Source: the human T2T-CHM13v2.0 reference genome, Homo sapiens
Direction: 5' to 3' (one strand)
Assembly: GCF_009914755.1 (NCBI RefSeq)
Contig: NC_060926.1
Length of the DNA: 64,000 bases
The translations under genes and the position numbers were made by a program. The notes beneath the pieces were generated by a model, which was not told where the DNA came from, searched no databases, and saw only the letters and a program-made list of their open reading frames with translations. The first letter of the stretch is position 1. Each line of letters opens with the position of its first letter. Below are positions 13,631-26,781 of the stretch, piece after piece.

Positions 13631-14547
13631 AAATATTGCCAGTGTACCAGGATACAGCCTCTGGAAGTGCAATTGTCTGTGCCACTCTAAGGTTTGGTGT
13701 CAGTGGGCTGGTGTGTAGGGCCTGCCCTGAGTGGGCAGAGTCCCCTCCTGGGGAAGTCCACCCTGCATAGCCCCACAGAGGCAGGCTTGTCCCGCCCCCC
13801 TTCCTTGTTGTCTTTGGATCAAGGCTGGTTGCCTGACCCGAGCCCACCATCACTGTCTTGCTGTCGTTTGTCCACTTGTCTCATTCGTATTCTGTCTTTC
13901 TGCCTCTTGACTTTACATTGGAACCAAGAGACAGACTGTGGTCAGGTGGTTTTTGCTGTTGGACCTGTAGACTGAGGCAGACATTCGGCTACAGGGTGTC
14001 GGGTGCACTGAGCAGTGAGACCCCTGGCTGGGCAGGTCTGTCTTGGTGAAGACACCACATCCTAGTGCCTGCTTGCTGTCTCCCTGCTCCTGAAATGCAA
14101 GTTCTGGGAAGGAAAGGCTGTATTGTATCTACTTCTGTGCCTCTGGTGTTTGGAACAGGGCCTTGCTGAGTAAACGTGTTAAATGAATGAAATCGAAAGT
14201 TAGATTTGGTTAACAGACTTTAAGAATGTTTTGAATTTTTCCCTCTATAGCAGTGTTTTCTAACCTCAGGAATTCAATTTTGTTTTGTTTTGGGGTTTTC
14301 TGGCCATATGTACCTATCTTATTTGTCAGTTTACTAGATTATCATTTCACTTAAGTCTTAAACAGTAGTGTTCTTCCAGGGAGATGTGCTGATATTAAAC
14401 TTGAAAAGCACTAGCTTCTTCTGTATTCTCATGGCCAGAAAACACTGACATTGTGTGGTGCTGTGCAGATTCCCCAAGTTGATATTGGAAGTTTACATTT
14501 CAGGAGCCTTTTTAACATAGGGGAAATTTTGATGTTTTGTTGGTTTC

Positions 14548-14854
<307 letters not shown>

Positions 14855-15072
14855 ATCTGGTGTACTTTAACTCATCTCTAGATTACTTATAATACCTCAT
14901 ACAATGGAAACACTATGTGAATACTTGTTATACTGTATTGACTTTTTTTTTCTATTATCTCTCATTGTACTATTACTTTTTATCATTTTGGTGGGGTTGT
15001 TTTTATCCTTTTTGATCATCAGGTGGATTTATCAAATCTGTGGATGCCAAACCTGTGGATACAGAGGACTGA
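14855..15072. mobile_element. MER2 (Tigger-family) fragment, one end missing
   Basis: tactttaactcatctctagattacttataatacc...tggatgccaaacctgtggatacagaggactg terminal motif. Confidence 0.8.
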
Positions 15073-15074
15073 CA

Positions 15075-15930
<856 letters not shown>

Positions 15931-17689
15931 AGAAGCCAACTCGTAAACTGATTTTTGATCAGGAGAGAAATCTGTATGATGTATTTAGGGTGGAGGCCTA
16001 TTTGTGGATGTTGACTTCAATTATGTTTTATTTTAAGCCACTTTTGGCATTTATTAATGGGATATTTAGCTAATCAAAGGTCAGTGACTAGTTTTTTTAT
16101 CTAGGAAAGTCTTGATTTGTTTTTAGTTGATTAAACAAATTCTGTGGTTTTGAACATAGAAATCTGGCCTCAGCTCTAAAGAATCTTGTTTTTGAGCCAT
16201 AATTGTTTTAAAACCATCTGAAAGTTGTGTGTCAGCTTGCCTTGTCTTGTGTGCTAAGTCATCGGGTAGAAATACTTTCAGCTCCAAACCATGCCAGGTG
16301 TGAAAACTGTCTAACTCCATTGCTGGATGCAGTGGAAGGAGAGTTGAGGTGCATAACTGAGACCCCGTTCTAGAAAGTCTTCCCAGATCTTTAGAGGGTA
16401 AGATGTCTAGAACAATTATACTCTCATTAATTCATAATTAACTCTTAGGTTTAGGAGTTAATGCGATTTAAAGGTTTTCTATTATCTGAAAGTTAGTATT
16501 ATGGAGAAGAGATATGTAATGATTAAAAGAACAACCTGGGATGCAGTTTAAGGGTGTGAGGCCTTGCCCCTGGCAGCGAATGTCCTTTGCCTTTGCTGAC
16601 AAGTGGGGATTGCATCTAATGAGCATGAGGGTTTTCTTCATTATTGTTCATCTACTTTCTCACGTTCCCCTTTTCTTTAACATACTCACAGTTGTTAGGG
16701 TGGACTTTCCTTTTCTTTCTTTTTTTCTTTAGAATTGCAGAGGCTTTAGGTTAAATAGTGACAAGTAGGAAGACAAATTCTCAGTCACGAAGTTCTGTGC
16801 TAGAAGACTTTAACTTGCTATTCCAGTAAAAACTTAATGTTTTCATTCTGGCAGGAAGAAATAGTCAAAATTCCAGAAAGTATTGTAGCCAGATGTTTGT
16901 CATTGCTCCCACACGAACATCCTAAATATAGCAAATAAACTGCCTTAGAACTTATTTTGGTCTGACCTCAGAAGAAAAAGTAACTCAGCTTCTGAAATTT
17001 GGGGATAATAGAGGTTTTATACAAAAGCTCTTATGTGTTTCTGGGATACCAAGCTATTATGTGACTCTGCCCTAGCTTTTAAAACCTGTTATTTTGTCTT
17101 GGAAAGTTGATCTATTCCTTTGACCCTGATGCTCAAGAATGTGGTAGGGTGGTGCACAGCAGAGATGTGGACATTTTTATTCTTAGTTTTCCAGTGGTGA
17201 TGTTGGCACTCCCAGAGCCAGCTCCCCCACCAAGCCCTAACACACATACACAAGCAAGGTTGGTAAGTCACAGTCTGTGTTAGATTACACAGCAAGGGCG
17301 ACTGATGAAGAAGTTAGGCCAGCAAATGGAAAAGAATAGGGAAATGTCATCCTATTGATCCCTGTACCAGTGAAGACGCCATGACAGTGGTTGTATAGCA
17401 GAGAATAACCAAGTTATTTCAGGATCGCAGCAGAGGGTTGTGGGAATGAAACTTGCTGACTGGGTCACCTGGACTCGCACACCATTTGTTGAGCACCTGA
17501 GAGTTCTAGCACCCAATGTTGATCACATATCAGGTGACACAGGCAGTGGCTGACCCATGTGAGCTGTGAGCGCCAACTCAGAAACCCCTTGATCTACTCG
17601 TGCCCATGTAACTCCCCCATTTTTGATCAGGAGAGAATTTGATTCTGTTGTTATTTGATTCGTGGGAGGCTAGAAAAGCTGAGCTTGTA

Positions 17690-17956
17690 CAGGTTGAGTA
17701 TCCCTTATCTAACATGCTTAGGATCAGAAGAGTTTCAGATTTTTTTCAGATTTTGGAATATTTGCATTATGCTTATTAGTCAAGCATCCCGAATCTGAAA
17801 ATCCAAAACCTGAATTGTTCCATGAGCATTTCCTTTGAACATCATGTTGGCACTAAAATTTTTTGAATTTTGGAGCATTTCAGATTTCAGATTATTATAT
17901 TATAATAATAATATATTATATTATATGGGATTATATTATATGGGATGCTCAACCCA
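17690..17956. mobile_element. Tigger4/MER46-type non-autonomous DNA transposon
   Basis: TA-flanked TIRs caggttgagtatccc ... gggatgctcaaccca; internal AT-rich duplication. Confidence 0.8.
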
Positions 17957-19513
17957 TACTATATTTTACTTGACTGCCTCTGAATTGCCACTACCCTTCA
18001 GTTCTTCTCATCCCTCCCCTGAAACTTCAAATGTCTACATTCTTGGCCCAACTCCCTGCAAAGAGGTCAGAATCAGGAGGAGGAGTGGGTGGGTAGTGCG
18101 TGTTGAACATGCCCTGCCTCCACTGAGCAGGTTCTTCTGGGCCTCCATGACCAGTGTGCCCATCCCCACTCTGTAGCTGGCTTCCACCTGGGGCAGGTTA
18201 GGACCAGGTTTTAAATCTCAGCCCTTACCCCCCTGATGGAATGTGGACATGAGTCTCTTCCAGGGCTGGAGATTACATTCTCTTTCCCAACATGGGCCCA
18301 TCCTAGGGGATTGCCTCGTGCCGCTGGTGTTCTGCCAGTCTCTTTGTTCTCTGTGTCCGTTTCCCTCCTCTGGAAACCCCACTCTGCTGTGGGCCCTGTA
18401 CCTGGCCTGTTGTGGGCTATAAGTAGTGCCGCTCCTGGCCTGTTCTGATTGCCACCGCCAGCCACTTTGTCCTGGGGTGCCACTCCCCTCTAGTGCCCAA
18501 AACCTTTTAGACTCAGCTGTACCCCGGCCTGCTGCTTGTTGTTGTATTGTGGAGAAATTCCTCAAGGTGCTCTAGGCAGGATTGAGGACCGCTGACTTTG
18601 AGAAGAGTTCACAGGCTCTGGAGCGTGGACTTCCCACCTGAGCTCCCCTCAGCCTGCCTCATCCATCAGGCACCTTTTGCTGATGCCATTTCTTTCTCAC
18701 CCTCATTTCTCCCCTTCTGTTCATCCTTGAACACAACAGACCTCAGAGCCCTCTTCTCCACAGCTGGAAGGTGCAGTGCTTTTCAGGGTTCTGCTGGCAC
18801 TTCACTTCTGGGGGCATTTTTCAGTCATATCAGCCTCACGTAAGGAAGCTAATTCTACATTATTGTTCCTTTTTAGGTATAGAAAGTAATCATGAATCTC
18901 CAGAGAGCTGATGGTAGAATTACAGTGATCTCTGTTCTTTGAGAGAGTGCATTCTACTTTTTTACCTTACCAAGTGTTACATGTATATTTTTCAAGTTAT
19001 ATGATTATTTCACAGATTATGTGTTCACAGTGGTTTAACACTTGCACTGCAGCATCTCAGCTTTCTGGGGATGAAGCTGCCCCTGGTGAAGCCCCCCAAG
19101 TCCTTTCCTGCATGTCGAGCAAAGGCCCATTGGGTTACATGCTGCAGCTAGAAGACCAATCAACGCCATCTCTCAAGGTTCCTCATGCTTCTTTTTTTAG
19201 AGGGAATTCATCCAAAATGTAATTCGGTTTTCATTATACCATTAATACTTGTACGCTGCAGAAAAACAGGAACTCACAGTGGCCCACAGCCAAAGATAAC
19301 TACCCAGAGAGAACAACCATTCACATTTTTCTGAATACCCTTCTGGCCTTTTATATGTTCACCTATATTAAACAAAATTGGGACTGAACTATGTGCATTT
19401 TTGTAGTCTTTTCAAAAATTAAACATTATATTCTGAACTTTTTTTATATGGTCTTTTAAAAGTTTTTAATGGCTATATAGTGTTCTATTTTCAGTTTCTC
19501 TGTACAAAATCTA

Positions 19514-19804
19514 TTTTTTTTTTTTTTTTTTTTTGAGGCAGGGTCTCATTCTGTTGCCCAGGCTGGAGTGCGGTGGTGCAATCCAACCTCCGCCTCCTGG
19601 GCTCAAGCGATCCTCACACCTCAGCCTCCCAAGTAGCTGGGACTACAGATGTGTGCCACCATGCCCGGCTAATTTTGCATTTTTTGGAGAGATGGGGTTT
19701 CCCCATGTTGCCTAGGCTAGTCTTGAACTCCTGGGCTCAAGCCGTATACCAGCCTTAGCCTCCCAAAGTGCTAGGATTACAGGTGTGAGCCACCACACCC
19801 AGTC
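19514..19804 (-). mobile_element. AluJ
   Basis: Dimeric Alu; TSD ctgtacaaaatct / ctatacaaaatct. Confidence 0.95.
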
Positions 19805-20339
19805 TATACAAAATCTTTATACACATTTTTTATTATCTCCTTGGGGTAAACGTATAGAAGTGGAGGTTCTTCATCAAAGTGTATGTACAGTTTTGAGGTC
19901 TTTGATACATGTTGTGAAATTGTATTCCAGAAACAGCAGAAGCACCTCATGCCCCTACCAGTGGTATATGCAGGTGTTCATTTCTCTCACCTTTATGGAC
20001 ATTTCATATTACAATTTTTAGTAACATCTCCTGTTTAATAGGCAAAAGTTAGGATTTTTATTCACATTTTCATCAGACTTGTCTGTTTTATTTTTTGTTT
20101 TGTGCAGTTTTTGGTGTTTTTGGTCTACATCATATTTGAAGTTTAAAAATAACTTAAGAGTTGGGAAGATACTGAATACATTGTGTTGGAAGTAAAATAA
20201 AAAAGGAAATAAGAATCGAGGAGTGCTGGAGACTTCACAGAAAGTGATTACTTATGGTGAAGGAAAGGATAGAAAAATTACGGAAAGCCACACAGATGGG
20301 ATGTGGGTTTGGGCTGTGCTCACCCCAACAGCCTTAGGC

Positions 20340-21125
20340 CAGCACGTGTTTGGCAGGTATTTGCTGAGCCTCGGTGTGCACCACCCTCTGCCGTCGGAGC
20401 TGGGAGTGCCAAAGTGAACGTAGCAGACAGGAGCTCTGCCTCCTTGCGCTTGTTCGGCAGTGGGGAGCTCAACGGTGGACAAGGTACACTGCGAAGTGCT
20501 TAGTGCCCAGGAGAGAAATAAAGCACGGAGGGAGCAGGAGACATGGAGCTGCGCTCAGATGGAGATCCACATCCCACACTCCCACAGCCCTGTTCCTGTG
20601 GTGGGAGGGGCCGGCACAGATCTCTGTTCTTGAGAACAGTGTTCAGGTGGATGGAACAGCACATGCAGGTGCCATTAGGTGACCCCCATCTGGCACGTTT
20701 GGGGATTAGCAAGAGACCATGTGGTGGGAGTGGAGCAGAGAGGCATCTAGGAGGGCTTCTGCTCACATGGAGGGAAATGGAACTCCACCCAGGACGTGAT
20801 GACTTGGTCCAGAACCAGGTCAGGACAAGAGGGGAGCCTTTGGGTGACATTTGCGGTGACCCAGGATGTGGCTTGGGCAGAAGGGAGCAAGGGAGGTAGT
20901 GAGAACCAGTTGCATCCTGGAGAGATTTTGAAGGTGGAGCCTGCAGAATTTGCTGGTGCTGATGTGGAGGATCAGAAACCCAGGAGCCAACATGGTGCAA
21001 GGACTGGGCCTGAGCTCCCATGTCCTGCACTAGGGAGCCCATGGGAAGAGCTGCTTTGGTTTGGGGCCATGTGGAGTCGAAGAGGCTCATTAGGCATCTG
21101 AGGAGAGGGTTCTCAGGCACTGGGC
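20340..21125 (-). mobile_element. L2 remnant
   Basis: Purine-rich antisense L2 motifs (gtatttgctgagc, ggaacagcacatgca, ggagagattttgaaggtggagcc..gaatttgctg). Confidence 0.7.
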
Positions 21126-21258
21126 TTGGTGGGAAGAAGTGTTGTTGCTATGTCCTGAAGGAATGTGAGCTCTTTTCAGTGCACCAGATGCAAGGCGGCC
21201 ATTGCTGTGACCTTCCAGAAGGTGCTAACATTGCCCTTCTGTGAAGCCACCACTGTTA

Positions 21259-21331
21259 TCCCGCTGGGTCATGGTGAATGCCAAGTGTCAGAGATATTCT
21301 GACACTTGGCATTCACCATGACCTAGTGGGA
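21259..21331. repeat. Inverted repeat: 26-bp perfect arms (34 bp with two G:U pairs), 5-nt loop
   Basis: ggtcatggtgaatgccaagtgtcaga-gatat-tctgacacttggcattcaccatgacc at 21267-21323. Confidence 0.97.
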
Positions 21332-22660
21332 GCCTTTGGGTGACATTGCAGTCACCCAAAGACAGCTTTTCTAAACTGTCATCAGTCTTCGACTTCTGAA
21401 CTTTTATTCTTAGAGAAATTTAAACTGGTCATTAAAGAGAAACATGAAAAGTATCTGTTGGCACTTCCAACTGTTGTTATTGGAATGCTCTGGAATGTTC
21501 TATGCACATGAATGATGCTTTACATGTACAGTTTTGCACTTTATATAGCAGCAGCTTTTTGCCACAGTGGTAGAGGGGATCCCAGTCCTACTTAAAGGCT
21601 TTTTCTGGTTTCTAGGAAAGTCAGAAAGATATTCTTTCCTCCTTGATCCACAATCTTAAACACTTGCCTGGAACTAATAAACTTCTGAAAAGCTAGTGAT
21701 GAGAATCCGTTGCATCCTGGAGATGCAACTGATAAGTTCATGGATCAATCTAAAATATATTTCTTTGAAATAAATCTAATATTCCTGATTATGAAAAATA
21801 CATTCCTTCTTAATCTTCTGGTTTTAGATATTGATGATGTTTTCTCATAATTACACTTTTTAGATTTGTTTGGTCCTTGCTAATATGCATCCATATGCTT
21901 TTTGCATGTATTGATATTTGAAACTGGTAAAGTCAGATCTTTGTAGCAGAAGAAAAACCTCTTTTTTATTAAAGCAATTTTCAATTAAGACAACTCAAAC
22001 ATGGCTTAAAGGCTCTAGACATTACTATCCTAGGAAAAATGTTGGAACATACATGCTAAAAATACACAGTGAGCTCTTTTAAAGTAAACATCTTAAATCA
22101 AGGTTATTCAGCTTTATATTGTTTGCTTCTGGCTTTAATTTACATCAATTGTAAATTTCTTAAAAACATAGAAAATAATAGAAACATGTCCTAAATTTAA
22201 TTATGAATATTAATTGTATTAAGAAATGAAATTGTAAATTGTACATAAGTCCTAACATCATATAAAATTAGACTTGTTAGCTTAACATAAGCAAAAACAA
22301 CCATCTTGCGAGTCTTTCATCAGCTCTTAGTAAAACACAGGATTTCGTAATGAATCTTCAAATTTTACTTATTTAGAGGAATCAAATTTGGAGAAAACTG
22401 AGAACACTAGAGGAGGGCAAACTTGTTTTGGAAATGGTTGCTAGAAAGTAAGTTATAAAAACTAAAACTCTTTTATTGCTGTTAATTTTCCTCAGTAAAG
22501 AAATTGATGCTGCTTTTTAAATCATTCAAGTCAAGTAGTTTATAAAATAATAGTATTTTGTTGTATCTTATATGTTTTCTACCTTAGAAAATTTTTTAAT
22601 ATATTTCTTAAATTATAAAATTTATACATCCAACAAAAAATTCAGTCAATATAAATGAGT

Positions 22661-22960
22661 AGGATGGGCACAGTGGCTCATACCTATAATCCCGGCACTT
22701 TTGGAGGCCAAGGCAAGTGGATCATTTGAGCTCAGGAGCTCGAGACAATTCTGGGCAACATAGCGAAACTGTCTCTACTAAAAATACAAAAATTAGCCAG
22801 GCATGGTGGCTCACGCCTGTAGTCCCAGCTACTCAGGAGGCTAAGGTGGGAGGATCACCTGAGCCCTAGTGGTGGAAGTTGCAGTGAGCCGTGATTGCAC
22901 CACTGCACTCCAGCCTGGGTGACAGAGCCAGACCTTGTCTCAAAAAAAAAGAGAAAAAAA
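22661..22960 (+). mobile_element. AluJ/S
   Basis: Dimeric Alu with A tail. Confidence 0.95.
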
Positions 22961-23262
22961 AATTTTAATTACCTATTTGCCCACACCCAGAATTAACGTC
23001 TTCAACATTTACGTCATATCATCCATTTAACTCTTCTAGACATTTTTTGCACTTACTTATGCACTTTTATATACACACACCCCATCTATATCACTACTTC
23101 TGTCCTTTTGATTACATAAGTACTGAGAAGAATTAGCTTCCCATTGTGAATGTGCTTATATGTATTTCTCTCTTTACCTCCTGTAATTTTTATTTTATGA
23201 ATGTCAACACTATGGTTATTTGTCCAAAGATATACATAACTGTTAGATCTTAATGGATACAA

Positions 23263-24083
23263 GGTTACTGAGCAAAGGGGCTGGCTGCCTGATGTGCATA
23301 TGGCACCAGCTTGCTTTGATTTGATTTTTTTAGAGATGGGGTCTTGCTCTGTAACCCAGGCTTGAGTGCAGTAGCATGATCATAGCTCACTGCATCCTTG
23401 AACTCCAAGGCTCAAGTGATCTGCCCATCTCAGCCTTCCAAGTGCCCCACCACACCCAGCCAATTAAAAAATATATATTTTTTAATTTTAGAGATGGGGT
23501 CCCGCTGTTGTTGCTCAGGCTAGCTTGAGCCTGAGCTCAAGTGAACCTGGCCCCAAGTGATCCTCCGGCCTGATTCTCTTGAGTAGCTGGGATTACAGGC
23601 GCGAGTCATTGCTCCCCGCTCAGCAGTGGGTTTTGAGAAAAGAAAAGCTTTATTGCCAGTCAACCAACAAGGAGACAGGAGGCCGGCTCAGATCTGTCTC
23701 CCCATTCTGTCCTTAAGACAGTATATTTAAGGGAGAGATTTTGGGGGAAGCGTTTAAAGATTGGTTAGCGATTGTCAAAGGGAAAGGGGAGGTTTGGAAA
23801 GCCCCCTGGGCATGTGCAGCTGTCTCTTCACGCGTCTTCGTGCATTGCATGTGCAGATTCAGGGGGAGTATGGAACGTGGTAGAGATTCCAGCTGTGCTG
23901 TTAGCAAGCTCCTTCTGTGCAGGCTCCAGCTGGCCACCTTGGTTCCCACCAATTTCACCCAGATTTGTTATCTTACAAACAGAGGGAGTTTCAGCAAGCT
24001 GCTGTTTTTCTTATCTGCCATCCTGTAAGTTCAAGCTTTTCTGTTAGTCACTGGTTTCTTTAACTGTTTGGGATATGGTTTCA
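23263..24083 (-). mobile_element. ERV1 (MER4-group-like) solo LTR interrupted by an AluJ (about 23325-23625), inserted in an old antisense L1M (about 23130-24290)
   Basis: gttactgagcaaaggggctggctgcctgatg ... gagaaaagaaaagctttattg (AATAAA on minus strand) ... ends ggtttca; L1 endonuclease-region sequence on both sides. Confidence 0.65.
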
Positions 24084-24733
24084 ATAACACTTTTTCCTCT
24101 AATAAGTGTCCTTTTATTGTCTCACTTGTGCCTTTTTGGCCTAAATTCAACCTTATATTCAACCATGTAACCAAGGTCCCCTTGCTTTTTTGTTTGTTTG
24201 GAATATACTTGGGATACCCATGTCCTTCTTTTATTTTCAGCCTTTCTGAATCATTTAATGTGTTTGAAATATGTTTCTTATATACAGCCTAATGGCTCAT
24301 GTTGAGCGTTCGCCACATTCTAGTTGCTCTTCTAAAACCCCTTGTCTGCGTTGTTTTATTCGGTCCTCTCTGTTAGAACTAGTCTTCTCTTTTATACTTG
24401 GGAAACGGAGGGACAGAGATGTTTTTGAAAGACGTACCCGATACTAGAGGCTCCAGCCAGAGCAGCTGGGAAGAAAGAAAAGGAGGGAGGAGAAAAGAAA
24501 GGAAGAGAGGGAGGCCGTCCACACTGGAAAGGAGGTAAAAACTGTTTACACATGACACTACGTTGTATATAGAAAAGTTTAACATACCTGTCTCTCTTTT
24601 AAAAAAAGCTATTAGAACTAATAAACGATTTCAGGAAGGTTGCAGGATACAAGATTAATATACCAAGATCAATTGTATTTCTATGCACTAGCAATGAACA
24701 ATTCCAAAATAAAATTAAGAAAATTGTTTTATT

Positions 24734-25030
24734 GGCCAGACGCAGTGGCTCATGCCTGTAATCCCAGCACTTTGGGAGGCTGAGGTGGGCTGATCACGAG
24801 GTCAGGAGATCGAGACCATCCTGGCTAACACGGTGAAACCCCGTCTCTACTAAAAATACAAAAAATTAGCCAGGCGTGGTGGAGGGTGCCTGTAGTCCCA
24901 GGTACTCAGGAGGCTGAGGCAAGAGAATGGCGTGAACCCGGGAGGCGGAGCTTGCAGTGAGCCGAGCTCGCACCACTGCACTCCAGCCTGGGTGACAGTG
25001 TGAGACTGTCTCAAAAAAAAAAAAAAAAAA
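24734..25030 (+). mobile_element. AluY
   Basis: AluY diagnostics; 17-bp TSD aagaaaattgttttatt at 24717-24733 and 25029-25045. Confidence 0.97.
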
Positions 25031-25857
25031 GAAAATTGTTTTATTTACAGTAGCATTAAAAATAATAAAATACTTTGGATTCAATTTAACAAAAGAACCT
25101 TAAAACTTGTACACAGAAAATCATAAAAGTATTGAAAAAAATCAAAGATCATCTAAATAAGTTGAAAGACAATGTTCATGGATCAGAATACTTAATATTG
25201 TTAAGATGGCAATACTCTCAAACTGCTCTACAGATTCAATATGATTTCCATCAAAATCTCAGCTAGCTTTTTAGTAGAAATTGACAGCAGATCTTACAAT
25301 GTATATAGAAATGCAAGGGATAGCCAAAAACCTAAAATAGCCAAAAACAATCTCAGAAAAGAAAAAAGTTGGAGGACTCACACTTTTCCATAGCAAAACT
25401 TATTGTAAAGCTTCAATAATCAAGGCAATGTGGTATGGCATAAGGATAGACTTATAGATCAATGAAATAGACTTGAGAATCCACAAATAAGCCCTTACAT
25501 TTATGGTTAATTGATATTTTCAAAAAGAATGTCAAGACAATCAATGGGAGAACTAATAGTCTTCCACAGATGGTGCCTAGGCAAGTGAATATCCACATGC
25601 AAAGAATGAATTTGGACCCCTACTTCACATCATACTCAAAAACTAATTTAAAATGGATCATTAATGTAAATGTCAGAGTTGAGACTGTAAAACTCTTAGA
25701 AGAAAACCTAGGAGTAGATATGACACCAAATTCCAAAGTGATAAAAGAACAAATAAAGATGCTATCAAGAAAGTAAAAATAATGAGAGAAAATATTTGCA
25801 AAAGATATATCTGATAAGGAACTTACATCTAGAATATACTTTTTAAAATAACTCTTA

Positions 25858-26055
25858 TAGCCTGGGCAACATAGCAAGATCCCGTCACTACAAAAAAAAT
25901 TAGCCAGGTGTGGTGTCACTTGCCTAGAGTCCTAGTTACTTGGGAGGCAGAGGTGGGAGGATTGCTTAAGCCCAGGAGATCAAGGCTGCAGTGAGCCGTG
26001 ATCATGCCACTGCACTCCAGCCTGGGTAACAGAGTGAGATCCTGTCCCAAAAAAA
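25858..26055 (+). mobile_element. AluJ/FRAM partial
   Basis: End of left arm plus right arm. Confidence 0.9.
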
Positions 26056-26064
26056 TATCTCTAA

Positions 26065-26781
26065 TGCTATGGACTAGGTGTTTGTGTTCTCCCAAAAGTT
26101 TTGTATTGAAGCCTTACCACCAATATGGTGGTATTTGGAGATAGGACCTTTGGGGTGATTAGGCCATGAGGGTGGAGCCCTCACGAGTGGGATTAGTGCC
26201 CTTATAAGAATAGACATGAGGCGGGGTGAGGTGGCTCATGCCTGTAATCCCAGCCCTTTGGGATGCCAAGGTGGGCGGATCACTTGAGGTCAAGAGTTAG
26301 AAACCAGCCTGGCCAACATGGTAAAGCCTCATCTCTACTAAAAGTACAAAAATCAGCTGGGCATTGTGGTGGGTGCCTATAATTCCAACTACTTGGGAGG
26401 CTGAGGCAGGAGAATTGCTTGAACCCGGGAGGCAGAGGCTGCAGTGAGCCAAGTGTGCCACTGCCCTCCAGCCTGGATGACAGAGCAAGACTTCGTCTCA
26501 AAAAAACAAACAATCAAACAAACAAAAACTCTTCGGACTTAAAAAGAAAAAAAGAAGAAGAGACATAAGGGAATTTTCTTCCTCTCTCTCTGTGCTACTC
26601 CACTTGTGAATAGAAGAAAATGGCCATCTGTTAACCAAGCCTTATACATCACCAGAAACTTTATCTACTGCCAGCTTGACTGCAGACTTCCAGCCTCCAG
26701 AACTATGAGAAATAAATGTTTGTTGTTGAAACTGCCCAGTCTATGGTGTATTTATTATAGCAGCCTGAACCAACTAAGACA
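26065..26781 (+). mobile_element. MLT1A/MST MaLR solo LTR with nested AluS (about 26220-26527)
   Basis: tgctatggac...catgagggtggagccctc...ccagcctccagaactatgagaaataaatg...actaagaca. Confidence 0.85.

Noticed and set aside
20500-21120. 206-aa ORF on the minus strand, the longest in the track
   Set aside because: Lies in an L2 remnant; no recognisable domain or splice context; consistent with a chance open frame in GC-rich repeat.
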